From: Eledone cirrhosa
Taxonomy: Eukaryota
Assembly (NCBI GenBank): GCA_964016885.1
Contig: OZ024743.1
Location: 52,948,001 to 53,012,000 of the forward strand
DNA: 64,000 nucleotides
Direction of reading: 5' to 3'
The notes below the pieces were generated by a model that was not told the origin of the DNA, did no database searches, and saw nothing but the letters and a program-made list of their open reading frames with translations. This document shows positions 13,301 through 25,087 of this stretch, piece after piece (within the stretch, counting starts at the first letter, position 1; each line of letters begins with the position of its first letter). The position numbers and the translations under genes are program-made.

Positions 13301-16300
13301 GGTCAATATTCTGTCAATGTTGGCTAATATTCTGTGGATGTTGGTCAATATTCTGTGGATGTTGGTCAATATTCTGTCAATGTTGGTCAATATGCTGTCA
13401 ATGTTGGTCAATATTCCGTCAATGTTGGTCACTATTATGTGGATGTTGGTCACTATTCTGTCAATGTTGGTCAATATTCTGTCAATGTTGGTCAATATTC
13501 TGTAGATATCGGTTACTATTCTGAAGATATTGGTCAATATTCTGTCAATGTTATCAACTAGCAATAGCACTAACACAGAGTGATTCAGAATATAATGAAT
13601 GATCCATACAATATGTTTATGTATAATTAACATATATTTAGTCTCAGAGAAAACTAATCATTACTAAGTTAGGTCAGAACTAAATGTAAGTTCATCTGCA
13701 TCTTTATTCAAAACAACATTGTTAGGAAGTTAGGCTATATGTCTGTTTATAGTATATGGGTCCATATAAGCTTTTATTATGAATCACATTGTGTTAGTAC
13801 AAGACTATATGTGTGTGTATTATACATAAACAAATATGTTGCTCATATACACCTTTATTCTAAACCACATCATGTGAGACAATATACATCATCATCATCA
13901 TTTAACGTCCATTTTTCCACACTAGTATGGGTTAGACGAGTTGTCCTGTTGTGAGTCAAGTCAGGTCAGATGACCATGTCTTGCTCATACAGAACTGTTT
14001 CTTGGTTTCTACAGCTGGATGCCCTTCCTAATGCCAACATTTACAGCACAGACTGGGTGCCTTTTTTGTGGCACCAAAACGACCACTTTACAGTACGGAC
14101 TTGTTTATTCTTCACATAGATATGGATTCCTATACTTTTATTCTAAATCATATTGTGTTAGTGTTATCACTAACTACACTTAGTATAGCTACCTACTATA
14201 GTGTTAGTGTTATCACTAACTACACATAGTATAGCTACCTACTATATCATATAGTGTTAGTACTGTCACTAACTACACATAGTATAGCTACCTACTATAG
14301 TGTTACTGCTGTCACTAACTACACATAGTATAGCTACCTACTATAGTGTTAGTGCTGTCACTACACATAGTATAGCTACCTACTATAGTGTTACTGTTGT
14401 CACTAACTACACATAGTATAGCTACCTACTATAGTGTTAGTGCTGTCACTAGACATAGTATAGCTACCTACTATAGTGTTACTCCTGTCACTACACATAG
14501 TATAGCTACCTACTATAGTGTTACTCCAGTCACTACACATAGTATAGCTACTTACTATAGTGTTACTGCTGCCACTACACATAGTATAGTGTTACTCCTG
14601 TCACTACACATAGTATAGCTACATACTATAGTGTTACTACTGTCACTAACTACACATAGTATAGCTACCTATTATAGTGTTACTGCTGTCACTAACTACA
14701 CATAGTATAGCTACCTACTATAGTGTTAGTGCTGTCACTACGCATAGTATAGCTACCTACTATAGTGTTACTACTGTCACTAACTACACATAGTATAGCT
14801 ACCTACTATAGTGTTACTACTGTCACTAACTACACATAGTATAGCTACCTACTATAGTGTTACTGCTGTCACTAACTACACATAGTATAGCTACCTACTA
14901 TAGTGTTACTACTGTCACTAACTACACATAGTATAGCTACCTATTATAGTGTTAGTGATGTCACTAACTACACATAGTATAGCTACCTACTATAGTGTTA
15001 CTACTGTCACTAACTACACATAGTATAGCTACCTATTATAGTGTTACTGCTGTCACTAACTACACATAGTATAGCTACCTACTATAGTGTTAGTGCTGTC
15101 ACTACACATAGTATAGCTACCTACTATAGTGTTACTGCTGTCACTAACTACACATAGTATAGCTACCTACTATAGTGTTACTACTGTCACTAACTACACA
15201 TAGTATAGCTACCTATTATAGTGTTAGTGATGTCACTAACTACACATAGTATAGCTACCTACTATAGTGTTACTACTGTCACTAACTACACATAGTATAG
15301 CTACCTATTATAGTGTTACTGCTGTCACTAACTACACATAGTATAGCTACCTACTATAGTGTTACTACTGTCACTAACTACACATAGTATAGCTACCTAT
15401 TATAGTGTTACTGCTGTCACTAACTACACATAGTATAGCTACCTACTATAGTGTTAGTGCTGTCACTACACATAGTATAGCTACCTACTATAGTGTTACT
15501 GCTGTCACTAACTACACATAGTATAGCTACCTACTATAGTGTTAGTGCTGTCACTAACTACACATAGTATAGCTACCTACTATAGTGTTAGTGCTGTCAC
15601 TACACATAGTATAGCTACCTACTATAGTGTTACTGCTGTCACTAACTACACATAGTATAGCTACCTACTATAGTGTTAGTGCTGTCACTAACTACACATA
15701 GTATAGCTACCTACTATAGTGTTAGTGCTGTCACTACACATAGTATAGCTACCTACTATAGTGTTAGTACTGTCACTATACATAGTATAGCTACCTACTA
15801 TAGTGTTACTGCTGTCACTACACATAGTATAGCTACCTACTATAGTGTTACTACTGTCACTAGTATAGCTACCTACTATAGTGTTACTACTGTCACTACA
15901 CATAGTATAGCTACCTACTATAGTGTTACTGCTGTCACTACACATAGTATAGCTACCTACTATAGTGTTACTACTGTCACTACACATAGTATAGCTACCT
16001 ACTATAGTGTTACTACTGTCACTAACTACACATAGTATAGCTACCTACTATAGTGTTAGTGCTGTCACTACACATAGTATAGCTACCTACTATAGTGTTA
16101 GTACTGTCACTAGTATAGCTACCTACTATAGTGTTACTACTGTCACTACACATAGTATAGCTACCTACTATAGTATTACTACTGTCACTAACTACACATA
16201 GTATAGCTACCTACTATAGTGTTAGTGCTGTCACTATACATAGTATAGCTACCTACTATAGTGTTAGTACTGTCACTAGTATACCTACCTTATCCTTCTG

Positions 16301-17611
16301 TTCGGTAAGTTTCTTAATGGCATTGTTACTGTCTAATGCGAGGTTGGTTAGTTTCTCAAATTCTGTAGCTCGTAGTTTGTTCATTTCAATTTTCATTCCA
16401 TGTAACACAAACCTCATCTTATCTTTCTCCTGCAGATTACACAACAATATAATATAGAAACAATATGAAAACAATATGGGACAGTATGAAAATTATACAA
16501 AACAATACGAACAATATGAAAACTATACAGAACAATATCAAAACAATAGGGATAGAAAACAATATAAACAGCATGGAAATTATAGTTGGCTTTGAACTGG
16601 TTGAGTACCCCCCCCCATTCTCCTGATTTGGCCCCGTTTGACTATCATCTGTTCCCAACATGAGAAAATACTTGGCTGGGAACCAGTACCACAGTGATGA
16701 CGTCATATCTGCTGTTGATGACTTTATTTTACCAACAGGATGAAAGCTTCTTCACCAATGATATCCAAGCACTGCAACATTGATGGAAGAAGTGTGTGGA
16801 GTGTAAGGGGGACTCTTTTGAAAAATAAACCTCATTTGGTCATTCCATGAGAGTATCTTGGTCAGCCTACAAACTTTTCAGCTGACCCTCGTAAACAATA
16901 TAGAAACCAGTATGAAATTATATGGAAATATATGGAAGAATATAAACATGTATAAAACTTATAAAGAAAAATATAAAAACTATACAAAATATTTTAGAGT
17001 GAATGTGTGTGGCTTAGTGGTTAGGGTGTTCAACTCAGAATCATAAGGTATTGGATTTGATTCCTGGACTGGGCAGTGCATTGTGTCCTTGAGCAAGATG
17101 AATCATTTCACATTGCTTTTCGTGATAGGATTGGGGCCACCTATCATTAAAATACCCAAGAAACATCCTTTGAGATACAACTTCATAAGGGATCATATAT
17201 AAGTGTGAACTATAACAACAACATGATAGTATATTTAAGTTGACCTGGGTCAATCAAATTTAGCCCAGTGAAACAAACACGCCAGATGAAGAAAAGGAGC
17301 AATGAGTGAAAAAGTTTAAAAAGCTAACTCCCATGTATAGCTTTGATTTGTTGCCCCTAAGTATGAGTAACATACATTACATTGTGTAAATCAAACATTC
17401 TGTAATATGGTTGGCATTAGGAAGGGCATCCAGACATAGAAACCATACCGAAATGGAATGTATCTGGCATGGATTCTATCCTTCAAGAAGGACAGTAGCT
17501 TCAATTAAGTACTGACTTAGTCTGTAATGACCTGATTACCCCATGCCAGCATAGAAAACAAATGTAAAATGATGATGATATGTATGTGCATGAGTGTGTA
17601 TGTATACATAT

Positions 17612-17703
<92 letters not shown>

Positions 17704-20700
17704 ATATATATATATGTGTATATATGTATATATATATATATATAATTAAAACACAGTAAAAGGAAACAATATTTTCCAAACCTCTCTTAGTTTCCAGTTT
17801 TTCTCCTCGTTGAGCTTTGCATTTTGGGCCATTTTCACCTTCAAGCTCCCAATTTGCTCCTACAATGTCACAAGAATTGGTACAATGCTTTGTTTTAGAT
17901 CATACAGCATGGGTTGGGTGTATTTTATCATAACACCCACACTACCACTTTACAGCATGGCCTGGGTGTATTTTACCATGGCACCAGCACTACCACTTTA
18001 CAGAGTGGACTGGGTTTATTTTACCATGGCACCAGCACTACCACTTTACAGAGTGGACTGGGTTTATTTTATCATGGCACCAGCACTACCACTTTACAGA
18101 GTGGACTGGGTTTATTTTATCATGGCACCAGCAATACCACTTTACAGAGTGGACTGGGTGTATTTTATCATGGCACCAGCACTACCACTTTACAGAGTGG
18201 ACTGGGTTTATTTTATCATGGCACCAGCAATACCACTTTACAGAGTGGACTGGGTGTATTTTATCATGGCACCAGCACTACCACTTTACAGAGTGGACTG
18301 GGTGTATTTTATCATGGCACCAGCACTACCACTTTACAGAGTGGACTGGGTGTATTTTATCATGGCACCAGCACTACCACTTTACAGAGTGGACTGGGTA
18401 TATTTTATCATGGCACCAGCACTACCACTTTACAGAGTGGACTGGGTATATTTTATCATGGCACCAGCACTACCACTTTACAGAGTGGACTGGGTGTATT
18501 TTATCATGGCACCAGCGCTACCACTTTACAGAGTGGAGTGGGAGTATTTTATCATGGCACCAGCACTACCACTTTACAGAGTGGACTGGGTGTATTTTAT
18601 CATGGCACCAACACTACTACTTTACATATACCATTATATAGTTATAGTGTCTATTGTTTCTGTGTGTTGAAGGGAGCCAAGATACTGAAGCTGTTTGAGA
18701 GATACCATAAAATTGAGACAGAGAAAGAGAAAGTCCTGCCATTTTATGTCAATTCCATAGAACCAAAGGAACTGGAGGCTGCCTGGCAAAATGAAAACTT
18801 ACTCATAAATATAAAGTAGTTGGTGTTAGGCAGGTCATCCAGCAATAGAAAACTTGGCTAACAAAGGACTGAGAAGACTTTTCACTTGTGTTAACGACAT
18901 GACAACCTTGCTAATGATGGTGCTGTGATAAAACCCATGCGGTACACTCTGTAAAGTGTGGGAATGTATGTAAGTGAGATACTGATCCCAGCCAGTCTGA
19001 GAGATCAATAACTCTAATAACTACTGAATTTGACTGTGATGACTCATCTAACCCTTGTTAGATGATGTTAAATGATAGCGATGATTTATAGTTTTTTTAT
19101 TTGTCTGGATAAATTAGCTGTAAGGTCAGCAGCGAAACCTGTGTACCAGTCACCCAAGGTGTATATAACAATAAGAGTTACACTATAAGCCAACTTGATG
19201 AGGGCTTATTACGGGTTAAACAGCAACAACAACAACACTGTGAGCTAGTTTGGTGGGAGATGATCTGGGGCTAAGTAACAACACAACACTATGAGCTAGC
19301 TTGGTCAGAGTTGACCTGGGGCTATACAACAACAACATCAACATGATTTACCGCTATCCGTTGCACTTTTCTCATTTGTTTCTCAATTTCCTCAGAACTT
19401 TTTGCATCTTTCTTTTTGAGTTTGTCAAATGCTTCCTTCCTTTCCTCAGTGGTTTCGTGGTAATGGGCCTTAGTCTGGTTAAATAACATCCACAGGTACT
19501 CCACCTTAGATTCCAGGGACACACGTAGTGAGTGCTTCTCCTCCAGGTTCTGAACAAAAACAGGAGGAAAATATAGCATAAGGAGGTTGGTGATGGTGAT
19601 GAGGGTAAGGGTGATGGTGTGGTGATGGTAGCAGTCATGAAGATGATGATGATGATGGTGACGGTGGTGGTGATATTGGAGATAAGGATGATGATAATGA
19701 CAATGGTGATGGTGGTGATGACTATGATGATGGTTGTTATGTTGGTGGTGGTGGTGGTAATGTGATGGTGGTGATGACTATGATGATGGTAGTTATGATG
19801 GTGGTGGTGGTGGTAATGTGATGGTGGTGATGACTATGATGATGGTAGTTATGGTGGTGGTGGTGGTGGTAATGTGATGGTGGTGATGACTATGATGATG
19901 GTAGTTATGGTGGTGGTGGTGGTGGTAATGTGATGGTGGTGATGACTATGATGATGGTAGTTATGGTGGTGGTGGTGGTGGTAATGTGATGGTGGTGATG
20001 ACTATGATGATGGTAGTTATGGTGGTGGTGGTGGTGGTAATGTGATGGTGGTGATGACTATGATGATGGTAGTTATGGTGGTGGTGGTGGTGGTAATGTG
20101 ATGGTGGTGATGACTATGATGATGGTAGTTATGGTGGTGGTGGTGGTGGTAATGTGATGGTGGTGATGACTATGATGATGGTAGTTATGGTGGTGGTGGT
20201 GGTGGTAATGTGATGGTGGTGATGACTATGATGATGGTAGTTATGATGGTGGTGGTGGTGGTGATGTGATGGTGGTGATGACTATGATGATGGTAGTTAT
20301 GGTGGTGGTGGTGGTGGTAATGTGATGGTGGTGATGACTATGATGATGGTAGTTATGGTGGTGGTGGTGGTGGTAATGTGATGGTGGTGATGACTATGAT
20401 GATGGTAGTTATGGTGGTGGTGGTGGTGGTAATGTGATGGTGGTGATGACTATGATGATGGTAGTTATGGTGGTGGTGGTGGTGGTAATGTGATGGTGGT
20501 GATGACTATGATGATGGTAGTTATGGTGGTGGTGGTGGTGGTAATGTGATGGTGGTGATGACTATGATGATGGTAGTTATGATGGTGGTGGTGGTGGTGA
20601 TGTGATGGTGGTGATGACTATGATGATGGTAGTTATGGTGGTGGTGGTGGTGGTAATGTGATGGTGGTGATGACTATGATGATGGTTGTTATGATGGTGG

Positions 20701-23700
20701 TGGTGGTGATGACTATGATGGTTGTTATGATGGTGGTGGTGGTGGTAATGTGATGGGGGTGATGACTATGATGATGGTAGTTATGGTGGTGGTGGTGGTA
20801 ATGATAGTGATTGTGATGGAGAAAGTGATGGTGATGATGATGATGACGACGATGATGGCGATGATGATGATGAGTTGAAAACCATATGCAGTGTCTTTCC
20901 TATGAAGTATAGTAATGGAAGATGTTAAATGATTCCTGAACCAACCTTATTCCGAACTTCATCTTTCAAGTTTTCAAAATCTGATTTAGCCTTTTGCTCC
21001 TTCTCAATAAAATTTTGTTCCATGGCAAACATGATGTCAGCCAAGTCATTCATCTCAGCACCAAACCTCACCAACATCTTGTCTTTCTCTTTTTGGAACT
21101 CTTCTTTAATAATATTCAGATCTTTGTCGTATTCCAACTCGAAATTTTCTAGTCTCTCTCTCTGCAGTTCTGAAATATTTCACATATCACATGGCTGGGG
21201 GGTTTTTTGTTTGTTTAATGGGGGCTAGTCTTTTAATAAATAAACAATAAGTATTTTAAAGCCATCTTCCCAATTAAAGCAGGGGTTAGCCTTGGCTTCT
21301 TTTTGAGGCAATGTTTTATGGCTTAATACTCTTCCTGTTGCTGTTTTAGTCACCTCTTACAATGCACAGGGATATGATATACCTATTCTAACCCATTTAC
21401 ATACAGGGTTCATCATCATCTTCATCATCATTGTTTAACGTCCATCTTCCACACTAACATGGGTTAGACAGGAGTTGTCCCAATTTGAGGCAAGATTGGT
21501 CTGGTGACCGTGTCTCGCTCGTATAGGACTATCTGGTATGTTTTCTACAGCTGGATGCTCTACCCAATGCCAACCACTTTAAAGAGTGTACCAAGTATAT
21601 TTTATTGTGGCACCAGCACTACCACTTTACAGGGAGTACTGGGTGCATTTCCTTGTGGCCCCAGCACTAGAGAGATTGTTATGTTTGGCCAGACTGAAGA
21701 GTTCTCTCAACCCTATACTGTCTCTGTTTGACCTCCTACCCCATTACAGAGTGTGCTGTATTTTATAATGCCAGCCACTCTACTACAGAGTGTACTGTGT
21801 ATATTTTATCATGGCACAAGTGCTAGAGAGGTAGTTATATGCTCATTTTGATTGAAGAGTCTTCTTTACCCTATATAATCTCTGATCTCTAACCACATTA
21901 CTAATGTAACACAAAACACAACAAAATGATTAAAAATAACCCCTTTAACCATATAGTATTTAAACCGGCCATATCTGGCTAGAATTCTTTCACCTCTTTC
22001 TGTTCAAACTGGCTGTAACTGGCCGCTCATACTGATGTTAAGGTATTATTCATAAAATAAATAATATTAAAATCTTATAGATTCAATGTTATGTGAGATA
22101 ATTATGTGTGGTAAAGCCTTTACCATGAAAATACAATAGTATATATAGAGTAATGTAAATGTTATGTGAGATATTATGTAAGGTAAAGCCTTTAGTGTGA
22201 AAATACAATAGTATATATAGAGTAATGTAAATGGTAAAGGGTTAAATATGAATCTTACTTATGAAAGAGTCAATATTTTCCAAGTGGCTACTTAAAGACA
22301 TCATGTACTGATTTTCAGCTTCTTCAATGTCCACTAAAAGAGCTTTGAACACCTCATCTTTCTGGTCCATAATACGTTCAAATGTGTTCTTCAGCACCAT
22401 GATTTCAGCTTTGATGTCCTTGCCTTTCGCTTCTCGAAGAATTCCCCTCCATCTGTCACTTATAATCAATGAGTTCAGCTTGGTGAATTTCTCTTCTTTG
22501 GCATGTTTATCCTGCAATTTACCAATATACAACAATACGTATTTTAACTATTTTAATATCAAACAACCCTGGATTTCTGATACAAAACTGTCCATTTTAA
22601 AGTGTTTATATTTACATAATTTTATGTAACAACCTTTGTTAAGTTATGATCCCAAAACCAACTTAATAATTGTTTCTACTTTTGGCACAAGGCCAGCAAT
22701 TACCCAGAACATTATTGGTACTTTATTTTATCGACCCTGTAAGGATAAAAGGCAAAGTTAACCTCGGCGGGATTTGAACTCAGACCGTAAAGGGACGTAA
22801 CTATGCTGGAAAGCATGGCGTCCGACTCTTGAAAGTTAGTCATATTACTACATCCCTCCAAATTATTTATTTTCAAAATTATTTAAAAACTAAAGGTAGT
22901 GAGTGTCTTTCTTTTATTAGAAATATGGCAATGAAAAGGTTAAAGTGTTTATATTTATGTAAAAAATTTCTATAATAATTTCATGTAAGATCCTTTGTTG
23001 AGTTGTTTCAAATACCAGTTTAATAAGAAGAAAGCTAGTTACATTACTAAATCCTTTGAAATTTTTGATTATTTTCAAAATGAATTGTCGTTTCATAGAA
23101 ATATAGAAATGAAAGGGTTGAAACTAATATTATTGAGGTGGAGTCTGACAGCTCCTTACAGGAACACTAATACTGGGTTCATATACTCAACTTTACCATC
23201 TCTTAACACACATCTGATACTAACTTGCCATCAATCAGCCTTAGATTTTTGATACAGAACTCACCATTTTAAAGTGTTTATATTAAAGCTATCTATCACA
23301 ATTTTATGTAAGAACCTTTAAGTTAAGTTCTAAATATCAGTTCAATAATGAAAAAGTTAGATATTTTATCAACCCCACTCTCTCAACATTCTTCATTATT
23401 TTATAAATTCATTGAAACACCATAGACAATGCATTTCATTAGAAATATGGTTACAATAAAGGTCAACCCATTTAATACCAATCTGGCCAAAACCAAATTG
23501 ACTGCCATGGTAAAAAATCAACACCTATTTTAATGTGTTCTTATTTAAATTAAGTCTTCCAAATTAATTTTATATAAGAACTATATGTTGACTTGCTGTT
23601 TTAGTAATGAAATAATAACAAATTTTAGTAAATCCCTTAAAACATTTCGTTAATTAATTGAAATAGAATGTATTTCATTAGAAATCCAGTTCCAAAAGAA

Positions 23701-24256
23701 TTGAAACACAAAGAAGATCTGTCTAGGATTCTATGTTGTAGATTCTTGCTTGAAGATACTCTGCTTCTTTCTCTCCCTCCTACTAATCTCAGATGCCATG
23801 AAAAGGGTCATGACCACTGCCTTAATCTCCATTACTAAGAAGTGAAAAAATAAATAAATTATTTTTAACATTGGCTTTGAGAAAGACAATAGATAAAATA
23901 TCATAACTTCACTCATTACAATGTCAACTGTTTTTCCCTGAGACATGAGAAACAAGGAACCACTTCCCACTTTAACAGAGTCCACTCTTTTGGAAACATT
24001 CTGATCAGGTCTCTGGTTTCAAGATACCATTCTCTCTCTTGGCCTCCTTTCCACCAGTCTGTGAGGACCTGAAAAGAATCATGAGCGCTGCCTTGTTTTC
24101 TCTGACTAAACAATGAACACCAACACTAACCTTGAGAAATTGCATGAGAAGTTCTTCCTTCTTCTTCTTCAGCTCCACTTGGAGAAGCATCTTCTGTTCT
24201 TCCTGGTGAACTCTCTGCTCGTCCGTCAATTTTGCTTTCTTCTTACTCTTCGGCAT
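5491..24256 (-). CDS. CCDC65: Dynein regulatory complex subunit 2 / coiled-coil domain-containing protein 65, spliced gene with 9 coding exons (495 aa)
   Basis: Exons 24256-24131, 22511-22259, 21169-20946, 19549-19352, 17859-17782, 16429-16289, 11124-10972, 6773-6556 and 5587-5491 join in frame with GT-AG boundaries (1488 nt). The product is coiled-coil with motifs I recognise from DRC2: MPK..KK N-terminus, [42 protein letters not shown]...NPLFI. Confidence 0.87.
5955..6520 (-). mobile_element. Tandem cluster of tRNA-derived SINEs with a Meta-SINE-like core (also about 22665-22830, 30775-30880 +, 34592-34790, 50655-50810)
   Basis: Minus strand has TGGCAGTATCGG..GAGTTCAAATCC boxes followed by GGTCAACTTTGCCTTTCATCC..GGTCGATAAAATAAAGTACCAG. 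Confidence 0.8.
6556..6773 (-). CDS. CCDC65: DRC2 coding exon 8 ([18 protein letters not shown]...KDNI)
   Basis: ACTTAG|TTG acceptor, AAT|GTATGT donor, 218 nt, ends phase 2. Confidence 0.88.
6822..7298. repeat. 36-bp minisatellite, about 13 copies
   Basis: GTGGTGATGATTGTGTTGGTTGTGGTGGATGGGGTA repeated. Confidence 0.95.
7355..8160 (+). mobile_element. RTE 3' fragments (duplicated segment followed by a second 3' end)
   Basis: RWYGHV/RPRKTW region and 3'UTR motif GGAAGGGCATCCAGCTGTAGAAA. Confidence 0.8.
8530..9065 (-). mobile_element. Degenerate RTE 3' fragment
   Basis: Aligns by eye with about 26710-27270. Confidence 0.75.
9401..10297. mobile_element. Nested inverted/direct-repeat element with hammerhead cores, bounded by (TA)n
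   Basis: Inverted pairs about 9448-9526/9986-10065, 9526-9620/10180-10274 and 9633-9727/9806-9903. Direct repeat 9401-9473/9736-9808. Confidence 0.75.
9900..9960 (+). ncRNA. Hammerhead ribozyme core within a nested fold-back element
   Basis: GGGAGTGAGTGACT-CTGATGA-tCGC caaata GCGt-GAAA-CAG a CTG-TT|AGCTTCTCTCCC, GUU triplet, imperfect stem I. Confidence 0.65.
10356..10550. mobile_element. Short hairpin element in (TA)n, degenerate second copy at about 2670-2808
   Basis: ~55-bp arms around 10413-10417, plus a tail shared with 2730-2808 (ACTCTACTA...AGTAT.GAGTACT.TGGTG). Confidence 0.7.
10972..11124 (-). CDS. CCDC65: DRC2 coding exon 7 (GTKILKL...EKVLPFY...SVER)
   Basis: TTGAAG|GGA acceptor, AGA|GTAAGA donor, 153 nt, phase 0-0. 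Confidence 0.87.
11168..12506. repeat. 48-bp minisatellite derived from the RTE 3'UTR, about 28 copies
   Basis: GTGGTAGTGCTGGTGCCATGATAAAATACACCCAGTCCACTCTGTAAA repeated. Confidence 0.95.
12996..13555. repeat. 21-bp minisatellite
   Basis: TTGGTCAATATTCTGTCAATG repeated with variants. Confidence 0.95.
14155..16282. repeat. 42/46-bp minisatellite abutting the exon 6 donor
   Basis: CACT(AACT)ACACATAGTATAGCTACCTACTATAGTGTTA(C/G)T(G/A)CTGT repeated. Confidence 0.95.
16289..16429 (-). CDS. CCDC65: DRC2 coding exon 6 (EKDKMRF...EQKDK)
   Basis: CTGCAG|GAG acceptor, AAG|GTAGGT donor, 141 nt, phase 0-0. Confidence 0.86.
16586..16893 (+). mobile_element. mariner transposase C-terminal relic with 3' end
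   Basis: Remnants of HPPYSPDLAP.DYHLF and IQALQH.WKKCVE.KGD..EK*, ending ...GACCCTCG|TA. Confidence 0.8.
17782..17859 (-). CDS. CCDC65: DRC2 coding exon 5 ([26 protein letters not shown]), absent from the ORF track
   Basis: TTGTAG|GAG acceptor, GAG|GTTTGG donor, 78 nt, open coiled-coil peptide, phase 0-0. Confidence 0.8.
17902..18626. repeat. Same 48-bp minisatellite in the opposite orientation, about 15 copies
   Basis: CAGAGTGGACTGGGTGTATTTTATCATGGCACCAGCACTACCACTTTA repeated. Confidence 0.95.
18673..18819 (+). pseudogene. Inverted duplicate of DRC2 exon 7 inside intron 4
   Basis: Translates as [38 protein letters not shown]. There are 15 mismatches and no indels over 114 nt against exon 7. 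The upstream acceptor region (...TGTGTGTTGAAG|GG) is also copied. Confidence 0.92.
19352..19549 (-). CDS. CCDC65: DRC2 coding exon 4 (NLEEKHSLR...VQRIA)
   Basis: GTTCAG|AAC acceptor, GCG|GTAAAT donor, 198 nt, phase 0-0. Confidence 0.88.
19705..20800. repeat. 56-bp GGT/GAT-rich minisatellite
   Basis: AATGTGATGG recurs with a 56-nt period (19871, 19927 ...). Confidence 0.92.
20946..21169 (-). CDS. CCDC65: DRC2 coding exon 3 (KLQRERLE...EVRNK)
   Basis: TTTCAG|AACTG acceptor, AAG|GTTGGT donor, 224 nt restores phase 0. Confidence 0.86.
22259..22511 (-). CDS. CCDC65: DRC2 coding exon 2 (DKHAKEEK...IDSFI)
   Basis: TTGCAG|GAT acceptor, ATAA|GTAAGA donor, 253 nt, ends phase 1. Confidence 0.88.
24131..24256 (-). 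CDS. CCDC65: DRC2 coding exon 1 (MPKSKKK...MQFLK)
   Basis: ATG at 24256 is preceded by a pyrimidine tract and AG acceptor (TTCTTCCATAG|AAAATG), implying an upstream 5'UTR exon. Donor AAG|GTTAGT, 126 nt, phase 0. Confidence 0.85.
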
Positions 24257-24539
24257 TTTCTATGGAAGAAACACACAAATGAAGGAAAGATATAGGATAC
24301 ATAATGTAGTAAATTCTAGTATAATCTAGTATATTTCTGGCATGTGGTATAATCAGGTATGAACTTCTATATTCTGGTATGATATGGTAAACTCTGAATG
24401 TGAGATGCCTCAGCATTAAAAGGCTGCACAAATATATTTGGCAGCAAGAACATCCACAATCATTTACACCAAACATGGCTACTCCTTTGGACAAAAAGCA
24501 TCCAATCCATATATATGGATATATATATATATATATTTC

Positions 24540-25087
24540 GTTTCTGAATTTGTTTAGCAAGATTCTTTATCTGAAATCGTGTGTTGAAACCGATATTGTT
24601 ATACTTTGGGAGGGTCATGTTGCCAATAAGAAACACATGCACCAGTTGCTTTCACTTCAATTTATTATAATAAATTTATAATAAATTTATAAATTTATAA
24701 ATTTCTGGTTGGTTGGTTGGTTCCACAACCAGATAGTTGTTTATATATTGTCATAGTTCTTTCGTCACACACTCTGTGACCTCTTCAGTGACTAGGGATT
24801 CCTTTCTTTGTTTCTGTGCCTCTCCTTTGTTCTGTCCTACGCCATTTTGTTTCTGTGTGTTGTGTGCTCAGTCTGCGCATGCGCCACATCTGAAGAGGTC
24901 ACAGAGTGTGTGACGAAAGAACTATGACAATATATAAACAACTATCTGGTTGTGGAACCAACCAACCAACCAGAAATTTATAAATTTATAAATTTATTAT
25001 AAATTTATTATAATAATAAATTGAAGTGAAAGCAACTGGTGCGTGTGTTTCTTATTGGCAACATGACCCTCCCAAAGTATAACAATA
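24540..25087. mobile_element. Fold-back hammerhead element, family A (arms about 24594-24788 and 24890-25087)
   Basis: Near-perfect ~195-bp inverted repeat with a ~100-nt spacer, preceded by (TA)n. Confidence 0.75.
24750..24792 (-). ncRNA. Minimal type I hammerhead ribozyme (same family as 558-600)
   Basis: Minus strand reads GTCA-CTGAAGA-gGTCAC agagtgt GTGAC-GAAA-GAAC-TA|TGAC, CUA triplet. An inverted copy lacking the stem I 5' strand is at 24890-24928 (+). Confidence 0.75.

Noticed and set aside
17914-18819. Independent + strand DRC2 paralog
   Set aside because: Only exon 7 is copied, it ends in a stop, and no other + strand DRC2 exons are present.
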